A stretch of 44,925 nt of DNA from Malacoraja senta. Taxonomy: Eukaryota. Positions 23,608-32,948 of this stretch are shown piece by piece (within the stretch, counting starts at the first letter, position 1; each line of letters begins with the position of its first letter). The stretch is from NCBI GenBank assembly GCA_038087875.1, contig JAXLNO010000072.1, positions 1 to 44,925 of the forward strand. Reading direction: 5' to 3'. The notes beneath the pieces were generated by a model. The model was not told where the DNA came from. It worked only from the letters and a program-made list of their open reading frames with translations, and made no database searches. Made by a program: the position numbers and the translations under genes.

Positions 23608-24356
23608 AATTCTCCCAATTCTGCTAGCCCTTGCTGTCCCCTCCCCTTCATCAGCCCTCTGGTTGTCTCCTCCCCTCCCCCCCCAGCCCTCGGGCTCCTC
23701 CGGCTTTTTCCTTTTTTCCTTTCTTCTCCCCACCCCCTATCAGTCTGAAGAAGGGTTTCGGCCCGAAACGTTGCCTATTTCCTTCGCTCCATAGATGCTG
23801 CTGCACCCGCTGAGTTTCTCCAGCATTTTTGTGTACCATTAATAATCAGAGGTACACAAAAATGCTGGAGAAACTCAGCGGGTGCAGCAGCATCTATGGA
23901 GCGAAGGAAATAGGTAACGTTTCGGGCCGAAACCCTTCTTCAGACTGATAGGGGGTGGGGAGAAGAAAGGAAAAAAGGAAAAGGAGGAGGAGGAGCCCGA
24001 GGGCTGGGGGAGGGGCGGAGACAACCAGATGGCTGATGAAGGGGAGGGGACAGCCAGGGCTAGCAGAATTGGGAGAATTCAACGTTCAGGCCACCAGGAT
24101 GTAGACTGCCCAAGCGGAATATGAGGTGCATTTCCTCCAATTTACGGTGTTGCTCGCTGTGGCCATGGAGGAGACCCAGGACAGAGAGGTCAGATACGGA
24201 ATGGGAGGGGGAGTTGAAGTGCTGAGCCACCGGGAGTTCAGGTTGGTTATTGCGGACCGACCGGAGGTGTTCGGCGAAACGATCGCCAAGCCTCCGCTTG
24301 GTCTCACCGATGTAGATCAGCTGGCATCTAGAGCAGCGAATGCAATAGATGAGGTT
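23608..24356. mobile_element. Tail-to-tail Penelope-like pair: + copy 23608-23837 and - copy 23851-24356 with GIY-YIG C-terminus
   Basis: The minus strand reads LIYCIRCSRCQLIYIGETKRRLGDRFAEHLRSVRNNQPELPVAQHFNSPSHS...LNVEFSQFC*. The ~230-bp arms (23608-23837 / 23851-24079) are near-perfect inverted repeats. Confidence 0.9.
23745..23772 (+). ncRNA. Minimal hammerhead-ribozyme-like core in Penelope pLTR (also at 23916-23943 - and 43731-43758 -)
   Basis: CUGAAGA-A-[GGGU UUCG GCCC]-GAAA-CG-UU gives the CUGANGA and GAAA boxes, a 4-bp stem II and a palindromic ACGU stem III. Stem I is weak. Confidence 0.6.
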
Positions 24357-24603
24357 AATAATCAGAGTTTTGTCCGAGCCAGGTTCAATAGTAAGATTAA
24401 ACGAGAACTTACCAGTTTGAAGTTTGATCTTTATTTTATGAGGAGTTACGTTAACGCATAGCGTTCATGACCGTGTGTGGAGGAGCAGGAGCTCCTCCAA
24501 GCGGTGAGTAAAGCAAAAAGTCGGAAGGTAAGTGCTTTCACTTTCACTTCCTGGATCGCTTTTTCTCGGCAGACTTGTTGGTGGAGCTCCACGCAAGTTT
24601 ATT

Positions 24604-26022
24604 ATGGAGAAAGGGTGTAGGGGAAAGAGACGTACCGCAGGTAAAACCCAAGTTCCTGAGGCTAGCGGGCGTCAGTTAGAGGAGTCAGTGGCAGCGAGGC
24701 CATTAACTCCCGTTGCGGTCGAAAGTGCCGTTATACCACCGGCGGGGTGCAAGGCAGGACAAAAGTCCGCACGACCGGTAGACTCCGATGAGTCAGACCC
24801 GGAAGAATACCCTCCTCAGTCAGGAAATGTAATGGCTGCTAGGGTCGCAAGTTTGGAACTCCTTATGGGGAAAATGATTTATAAAGAACCCCCACAGGAG
24901 GAATTCAGTCCGTGTTGGCCTATTGAAGATACAGCACAGGGGGTGCCTTGGATGGGACAGGCACAAGGGTGGCCTACAGGAGAGCCATCAGGAATTCCTG
25001 TATAGAGACAATACAGTGGTTGGCCTACAGGAGAGCCAGTGCCCGAAATGACAGCAAAAAGGCAGTATATGTATTGGCCTACCGGAGAGCCAGTACCAGA
25101 AATGCCTGAACAAAGGCAGTACAAACATTGGTTGAGAGATGTGCCAGCACCGACAATGTCTAAAGAAAAACAAATGAAGCGTTGGCCTAGAAATGAGCCA
25201 GCGCCAGCAGCACCTGAAACAGGGCTGCCTATCCGTGGGCCTACAGGAGAGCCCGCGCAGGGGGAATCTGGCAGAGACTTACCTGAAACAGGGGAGCCAG
25301 AAATTTCCCATCGAGAAGAGGAACATCTAGATTCAGATGATGATTTGTACGAGGACCAGAGCCGATTATCAGAGCTCAAAGTACCAGGGCTGGCACAAAA
25401 GTTTGCTGTTCCCAGACTAACAGGGGAACCTTTGAGAGATGAAATAGCAATGACTATAAATTATCTGCTCTCCCATCAGCTTCAGGAATTAACTATGGAT
25501 GAGACTGTTAAAAAATATGAGACCCCGGCAAATTGTGAACTGCTAGCAGTCCCAGCGGTGAATAACTTGATATGGGGTTATTTGAGCATTGGATTACGCT
25601 CACAAGAATTGAAATTACGAGTGCTGAAATTGCTGGGGTCAGGCATTACGGCATTTGCCAGGGGGTTGGATGAAGATCTTATATCTGATTCACAACAAGA
25701 TGCCTTAGCACTCATGTGTAGTGCGCACTTTGAAATTAACGGTATTCGTAAAAGTGCAATAAGACCGAATATCCATCCTAAGTATGCAGGGCTCTGTAAA
25801 CCATCCAATATACAAATGCCTAATCTGCTTTTTGGAGACCTAAATGAAGTCAAAAACCATGATGGGTATGATGGTGAAACCACCTATGCTGAGCAGAGCG
25901 GTGCGAAGGCAGTATCCCTACAGACGGATGGCTGGTGCTGGAGAAGGAACAAGCCGATCGTACCCATATACACGTTGACGTGCTGCACCGGAAATACGTG
26001 GAGGTTACAATGTGCCTACTAG
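24604..26022 (+). pseudogene. Outer DIRS gag-like ORF1 (premature stop at 25003-25005)
   Basis: ORFs 24532-25005 and 25039-26022 are in the same frame. LRVLKLLGSGITAF...CSAHFE...PKYAGLCKPSNIQ is homologous to inner element ORF1. Confidence 0.75.
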
Positions 26023-27209
26023 AAGGGGACAACATTTGCCGATGGCAAACCCCGAGGTAGGGGGGTCTGGTCTGGTAAGAAACACAACAAATGTTTTACA
26101 CTCACAAGTGGGGGGAAGATTACGATTCTTCCTAAAAGAATGGCAACTAATAACAAATGATTCGTTTATACTGTGCAGCATAGTGGGATTTAGAATTGAG
26201 TTCTAAACATTTGGATCCTCCTACTCAACATATTTCAAACCGGGCACGTATTTTCTCAAAGGAAGAGAATACGCAGATCCAGGGAGAATTGAAAATTTTA
26301 TGCGACAAAGTTGTAATTGAAAAGTCAGTAGAGCAACACCATCAGTTTGTGTCAAGCATTTTTCCCAGAACAAAAAAGGATGGTGGATGCAGAATTATTC
26401 TGGATCTGACAAGTCTTAACCTTTATGTAAAATATAAACATTTAAAAATGGAAACATTTACTAATGCCATTCAGCTGGTCACAAGAAATTGCTATATGGC
26501 AAGCATAGATCTGCAAGATGCATATTATTCTGTGGCAATGCATGGTAATGATCAAAGATATCTAAAATTCAGGTGGATGAGTCAGTTATGGCAATTTAAA
26601 GCATTGCCCAATGGTCTGACTTCAGCAAGGTTATTTACAAAATTACTCAAACCAATTTTAGCTCTGCTAAGAGCTGAGGGCCATGTATTAATAGCTTATT
26701 TGGATGATATTCTGATTGTGGGGGACAGTTTGGCTACCGCAAAGGGGTCAGTATTAAGTCAAGTGCATTTTTGAAAAAATGGGGTTCCTTATTCACCCAC
26801 AAAAATCGAAATTATTACCAAGCATAAAGATTGATTACCTAGGGTTCACAATTAACTCAGAACACATGGTAATACCTTGCCAAAAGACAAAAGGCTGCAG
26901 TTAATTGAAGGTTGTACTAAGCTCATTAACAAGTACAAACCTTCAATTAGACAAGTGGCAAGCTTGCTGGGCAAATTAATAGTAAGATTAAACGAGAACT
27001 TACCTAAGTTTGAAGTTTGATCTTTATTTTATGAGGAGTTACGTAGGTGATTACGTGAAGAAGCCCGTCAGTGCGCCTGCGCGTCAATCTTCAAAGCAGC
27101 GGTGTGAAATCACAAAAAACAAGAACCGAAGTAATATAGTCTCATACTAAAACGAGTAATACAAGAACTTCCATCTGACCTTTATGATAGAGGGTAGGGT
27201 CGTGGCGGG

Positions 27210-27323
27210 CACGTAATCACCTACGTAACTCCTCATAAAATAAAGATCAAACTTCAAACTTAGGTAAGTTCTCGTTTAATCTTACTATTTTACTTCGGAG
27301 TCACGTGAGTGACTACGTGAAGA
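27210..27323. repeat. DIRS internal complementary region (ICR): inverted copy of the circle junction
   Basis: 27210-27289 is the reverse complement of the element end starting at 26978. 27287-27323 is the reverse complement of 31681-31717. The halves overlap at ATT (27287-27289). Confidence 0.95.
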
Positions 27324-27491
27324 TTTTAAAGCTTTGTGATTTCATGCCGTGGATCAATCCCGGCTTCTCACTGCATAGATTGACTCGGAACGAGAATAAT
27401 CAATCATGCATTCATAATAACATTTGTACCACAAATGCAGTAATTCATTTCAAGAATGAAATGAATCAGATCCCCTTTAAACCAGAGGAAT

Positions 27492-28460
27492 TTACACAGA
27501 ACTTAAAATAGTTTCTGCAAACAACCCCGCATTAACAATAGGCCGATGGTAAAAATGTTGAAACATCAACTCATTGGACCACCCGGCGGCTGCGAGGATA
27601 TGGTCGACGGGGCCGTCTTTTGCCCTGGCCGCCGACATTTCTGCTGCCCTAGTCGAGTGAGACGTAAAAACATAAGTGTTAATACCAGCAGCTGTTAAGA
27701 CTTCTTTTATCCATCTGGAAATAGTCTGTATTGAAACTCTCTTGTGTGGTTTCTTGTGTGTGATCAAAAACCCAGTTTCCGTATTCTCAAATTCTTTGTG
27801 ACCTCAATGTATTGTAATAAATATGTCTTAATACAAAGACATGGATCATTTGGATATGCTGCCAGCATAATTTTAAATCCTGTCACACCTGGCCTAATTT
27901 GCTTTATTAGGTCCTAGATATAGAATGTAACCTTGTCTTCAGTTACTTCCATACTATCTATTTGTAATTTTCCAAGTGTTTGCACTCGTTGTGCTGTCAC
28001 TCATGCCATAAACATGAATACTTTCATACTGAGCTTGACCAAAGGTAAAGACACACTTGATAACCATCACGAAGTAGTTTCAGTACCACACTTACATCCC
28101 AGATTGTCACATACCTAGGTTTCGGTGGTTTGGAATTAAAGATTCCTTTCATTAGTCTGGAAACAATTGGGTGTGACCCAATTGAGTTTCTTTCTGAATC
28201 CAGAACCAAATATGAGGACAATGCACTTCTGGCTGAATTAAACACTATAACTCAGACCTTCATCATAATAAAGTTTTGACAGAAATTCTAAACATTTGAA
28301 ATATCTGCAGTACTTTATTGCACATTCTTTTGTACCCAGAACTTTTCCCATTTCTTAATATAAGAAAGGTACTGTTTTTGAGTGCTCTTCCTCCAGGCTG
28401 CCGTAAGCATGTCCACAGTATGCTCAGACAGTCCTCGTCCCAGAAAAGGCATTCTTAAAA
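27492..28460 (-). pseudogene. Inner DIRS tyrosine recombinase (frameshifted)
   Basis: ARSALSS...GSHPIVSRLMKGIFNSKPPKPRY..WDV; TISRWIK...FTSHSTRAA...AAGWS...FQHFYHR (HxxR, W and Y catalytic motifs). Confidence 0.9.
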
Positions 28461-28468
28461 CCTGCAAA

Positions 28469-28849
28469 TCAACAAATCCAAACGATCATATAATGGATGT
28501 TGTTCCCCTGTACAGGGAGCAGCAATAAATTACTCTTTTTTGGGACTTTCATCAACATTTGTGTTGTTAATTCTAATATCAACGGATACCATGGCTGTGT
28601 AGGCCAATCTGGTACTACCAATACCCTTGAAGCAGCATCTTGCCTGATTTTAAGCAAACATTGGCTTATGAGGCAGAAAGGTGGAAATATATATGAAAAC
28701 ATACCACCCCAATGTAGCGAGAAAGCATCAATCGCCACTGCTCCTGGATCTGGTTTCCATGAGACATATCTCGATAGCTGATGATTCAAGTCGATGTCGG
28801 TCATTCCAAATCTGATGACTATATCATTGAATACCTCTTGATTCAACAT
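28469..28849 (-). pseudogene. Inner DIRS DNA N6-adenine methyltransferase-like domain
   Basis: IDAFSLHW...YIFPPFCLI...VLVVPDWPTQPWYP, typical of the DIRS MT domain between RNaseH and YR. Confidence 0.82.
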
Positions 28850-28859
28850 CCATTCTTTA

Positions 28860-30330
28860 TTATCATGGAACTTTTCGTGACCTGGTGTCTGCTATCGTTC
28901 ATTCTACCTGGTAGATAGATAGCTGAAATCCAAATGTTCTTTTCAATACACCAAGCCCAAAGTTGATTAACCATTTTGTCACAAGACACCGACTTAATTC
29001 CATATCATTAATATAAACAACTACTGTTGTGTTATCAATTTGAACTTGAACATGCTTATTAGTTGTGTTAGAACAATAAGCTTGGAGCCCATAGAAACAT
29101 CCTAGAAGCTCCAAATAGTTAATTCCCCATGTCTGCAGTAACAATGACTCTTCCTGATTCCATCTGCCTCCTCAGCTAGATGTTAAGTCAGTTGCACCCC
29201 ATCCTCGTGCACTGGCATCAGTTTGTAATATCATGGAAGGTTGTTCAATCAGCACTTTGCTGGAACTGCTTGAGACATGTAGAATCCACCACTGCAGATC
29301 AGAAAGCATTTGTTGTTAGTTGCATGGTTCTATCAAAATGACCAACATGCATTCTCGGTGCCTGTTCTTTAAGTCTCTGCAGCTGTTGAGAATGTAATGG
29401 TCCAAATTGGACTGCTGGGAATGCTGCTACTAATTTTCCCAGTACACGAGCCACCTGTCTAATTGAAGGTTTTTGCTCGTTTAGGAGATTACTGCAATCT
29501 TTAATCAAATCCACCCTTTTCCCTGGGCAAAGTGATATTCATTTGGACTGAATCAATTGTGAACCCCAAATAATTAATAGAGGTACATGGTGTTAACCTA
29601 GATTTCTGTGGATGAATTAGAAACCCCAACTTTTCAAAAGTTGATTTCACAACTGCAACAGATACTTCTGTTGACTGTTTTGTCTTTCCTATAATCAAGA
29701 CATCATCCAAATATGCCATTAGTACATGCCCCTGGCTACTCAGCAAGCCCAGAATTGGTTTTAACAATTTTTGTGAATATTCTGGGTGCAGATATTAACC
29801 CATTAGGCAGAGCTTTGAACTGCCACAACTGGTTCATCCATTTAAATTTAAGATACTTCCTATCTTCTGAATGAACAGACACGGAATAATATGCATCTTT
29901 CAAGTCTATAGTTGCCACCGCTGTTTGGCAGTCACCACAAAAGGATTCAGATTTATCAAATCTACAAGAATCCTACATCCTCCATCCTTTTTTGATCGAG
30001 GGAATATATTTGACACAAATTGGTGACTTTGGTAGACTGATTTTTCAATAACCCCTTTTTTATATAGGGTTTCAATTGCAACCTGAACCTCCATCACTTC
30101 TTTTTGTACAAAGTGCAGAGTTCGGCTAGGAACATGCTGAACAGGCAAATCATAATTTGGATTGAATTCAATTCGAAATCCTTGTATATTATTCAGGATT
30201 ACCACATCTGAAGTAATTTTCTTCCAATTATTATAGAAGAAATGTAACCTGCCTCCAACTTTTGGACTTAATCCAGTTCGTATGTTCCCATGAGAACCAG
30301 GTCCACCTACCTCTTGAGTCATTTGAGTAC
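28860..30330 (-). pseudogene. Inner DIRS RT/RNaseH (multiple frameshifts)
   Basis: VGGRLHFFYNNW, KKDGGCRILVDL, TIDLKDAYY, ALPNGLISAPRIFTK, AYLDD, YLGF, INYLELL, IDNTT. Confidence 0.9.
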
Positions 30331-31504
30331 CCTGAGATTCCTGGATTCTCCCGGAAGCACGCCCACTGGTTCTTGCTTCCGCTGCAGGCCGCCAACTACG
30401 TCCCTGCGTTGATGAGCGACTTGGTCCAGGATTCGTATGACGTCTGAAAGGATACTTCCTCTTTACAGACTTCACAACCATTGATGTCTTCATCAATCCT
30501 GTTTTCGCTTCATCTTCCAACTCTTTAATACATCTCCCGAGATCTCTCCAAAGAGTAAGTTGGGTAATTTGTATATTACTTGGTTTGCAGAGTGCTGCGA
30601 ATTTCGGATTCATAGTAGACCGTATAGCACTCTCGAAGTGGGTGCTGCATAGCAACCCCAGTGCTTGCTGATGCAACTTCGTCATCTTTTGGTTGTTACC
30701 TGCTATTCTGGTAAAAGCAGTTATTCCAGAACCCAGCAGCTTTAATATTCTCTGCAACTGATTCCAGATACTCTTGCAGTCTCATCCATTTCATGCTGTT
30801 CCAGCTAATGGTAAACCAAGTAATTTATTAAGGAGGCCAGTTCTTCCTAATGGCTCTCCTGACCCTGACGGGGCAGCGAATCCTACTACCAGGGGTGGAA
30901 CATCTGGCAGCTGCCTTTCATCGCCTTGTACAGCCTCACCGTCAGAGTCGGGGTCTGAAATCTCATGACCCGTAGCACGCTCCTCATTCCTGAGGGTGCA
31001 TTCCATCAGCCCTGAGCCAGGTGCTGTTAAGCTGCTCCTGCAGCTTGGATTATAGTACACTCCTTCCTGAGTGAACTTTTGCTCCAACAACCTATGAAAA
31101 AGGCTTCTATTTAGGCAATACGCTCGAAAGCAGTATCTAGCCCTGTACCAGGAGCTGTTTGAGCTGTTTCCAGCAGCTTGGCTTTCAGAACACTCCTTCC
31201 TGAGTGAACCTTGCTCCAACAGCCTGTGTAAAAGGCTTTCTATTTGGCCAATACGCTCTAAAGCAGTATCTAGCCCTGGAGCTTCTTCATTGCCTGGGAC
31301 TCCCTCCGTTGGGATTTAAACTTTGTCTTTTGCCCGACAGGCACTGACTGTGTTTTCACCAGCCCCAGGTCCACAGTCGCTATGCTCACCGCTGGCGACT
31401 GTACCGGGGTTTAGAGGCGGTTGGTCTCTAACCGCGGACTCCCGACTTTCCCGACTTCTGTCGGCTATGTCGCTCGCCTCTTCCCCCTGTCCGTTTTTTC
31501 CCAT
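30330..31504 (-). pseudogene. Inner DIRS gag-like ORF1 (disrupted)
   Basis: Starts GCCATGG at 31504; QRILKLLGSGITAF...CSTHFE...PKFAALCKPSNIQ. Confidence 0.7.
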
Positions 31505-32419
31505 GGCGTCTGTGGAAAAAAATCACCATAGACCCACAGTAAACGGACCTGGAAAACCTGTAAAAAAGTTTTTACTTACCTTGTAGTTGAAAAACTACAA
31601 ACCACTCGAGGAGCTCTGCTCCTCACGTCCGTTTGCGTCAAGGCGTCTGACGTAATGACGCGCAGGCGCACTGACGGGCTTCTTCACGTAGTCACTCACG
31701 TGACTCCGAAGTAAAATTGCTGCTTTTCCAGCTGTAAGATTTGGACCATTGCATTATCAGCATTTGCAGAGGACTAAGGTACAAGCATTAAGAGGAATGC
31801 AGGGCATTTTGACAGGCCCATGTAATTGAACCGATTACAGAAATAGAATGGTGAATTAACAATGTCTCTAATACTTCCAGGAAAGTTTTGGTAGATACAC
31901 CTTCCGTTATTCTACAGACTGATGTAAGTGCTCTAGGATGGGGCGCAACTAACATTGTTTCCAGCTGTGGAGGTAGGTGGAATGTGGATGAAGTACCTTT
32001 GCTTGAAAATCAAGGTATAAATTACCTAGAGCTGGTAGGAGCATTTTATGGTTTTAAAGCTTATTACACTAATATGGAAAATGTGCATGTTCAGGTACAG
32101 GTTGACAATACTACAGCTGTAGCATATGTAAATCATATGGGTGGTATCAAGTCAGAATCGTGATAGATTGGCAAATGAAATTTGGACTTGGTGCATTGCA
32201 AGGAAAATTTGGCTGTCAGCAATGTATTTACCAGGCAAATTTAACATAGTTGCAGACAAAAGGTCGACGCAGACATATCGACGCGTGTGCGGCTGGACGG
32301 GCTCTTCTTCACGTAGTCACTCGCGTGACTCCGAAGTAAAATAGCCTGATGGCTGTGGGGAAGTAGACTTGTTACCACTGTGCAAGAAAGAAATGCAGAT
32401 GCTGGTTTAAATCGAAGTA

Positions 32420-32948
32420 GGCTGGAAGGAAGGCACTACAGAGAGTTATTAAAACAGCACAGAGCATCACAAACGCTCAACTACCCTCCCTGGAAGACAT
32501 TTATAGGGCCCGATGTTTAGGTCGGGCCACAAACATCACACAGGACTCATCCCACCCTGCCAACCACCTGTTCACTCTGCTGCCTTCTGGGAGGCGATAC
32601 AGGTCTCTGAAGGCCCGCACTTGTAGACTAATTAACAGTTTCTACCCATGTGCCATTAAAGAACTAAACTCAAATGGATAACACTGCGGGTGGCAACACA
32701 ACACAATTCGTGGTGCAATATAAATATTTGTCTGCTGGTGTGTGCAATATAATGTGCAATATTTCTACTATCTATTTACTTATTTTATTCATTGATCTTG
32801 CCGGTAAATGTGAGAGTCAATGGTTGATTGTGTTTTTGTTCTTTTAAATCTTTTTATCCTGTGCCTTTTATTGTATACCACTGAAGGAGAGGCACTGAAA
32901 TTTCGTTGTACAGTTGCTGTGCAATGACAATAAAACGTATTCTATTCT
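32420..32948 (+). mobile_element. Rex1/Babar-like LINE 3' fragment, followed tail-to-tail by a minus-strand LINE 3' end (~32948-33135)
   Basis: RKALQRVIKTAQSITNAQLPSLEDIYRARCLGRATNITQDSSHPANHLFTLLPSGRRYRSLKARTCRLINSFYP; (TCTAT) and (AAGT)n tails. Confidence 0.82.

Larger units (their letters stand above)
26978..31717 (-). mobile_element. Inner DIRS1-like retrotransposon, structurally complete (gag, RT, RNaseH, MT, tyrosine recombinase), ORFs disrupted
   Basis: 40-bp ITRs (27047-27086 / 31656-31695), ICR at 27210-27323 and AAT at both ends. All five domains are visible in minus-strand ORF fragments. Confidence 0.95.
26041..32265 (+). pseudogene. Outer DIRS RT/RNaseH, frameshifted and split (26041-26977 + 31718-32265)
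   Basis: The rejoined junction reads VASLLGKL-I-AAFPAVRFGPLHYQHLQR, matching the inner element's VARVLGKLVAAFPAVQFGPLHSQQLQR. Confidence 0.85.
24387..32344 (+). mobile_element. Outer DIRS1-like retrotransposon (gag-RT-RNaseH on +, truncated, no MT/YR/ICR), interrupted by the inner DIRS
   Basis: Termini AATAGTAAGATTAAACGAGAAC... and ...GACTCCGAAGTAAAATAG. RT motifs KKDGGCRIILDL, SIDLQDAYY, ALPNGL, AYLDD. RNaseH motifs LQTDVSALGWGA, INYLEL, VDNTTAVAYVNHMGG. Confidence 0.9.
23413..32378 (-). mobile_element. Short LINE 3'-end fragment (Rex1-like) broken into three pieces (23413-23610, 24355-24391, 32340-32378) by Penelope and DIRS insertions
   Basis: The rejoined pieces match, in reverse, the uninterrupted copy at ~41545-41765 (CCACAGCCATCAGGCTATTAAACTTAGCTCGGACAAAACTCTGA...GACACATGACAATAA). 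Confidence 0.82.

Noticed and set aside
24970..25260. Regularly spaced repeats resembling a CRISPR array
   Set aside because: Degenerate in-frame coding repeats in gag, related spacers, no cas genes, eukaryotic DNA.
28469..28849. Phage-like adenine methylase plus integrase suggesting a prophage or contamination
   Set aside because: MT and YR are standard DIRS1 domains lying inside the ITR/ICR boundaries in a vertebrate context.
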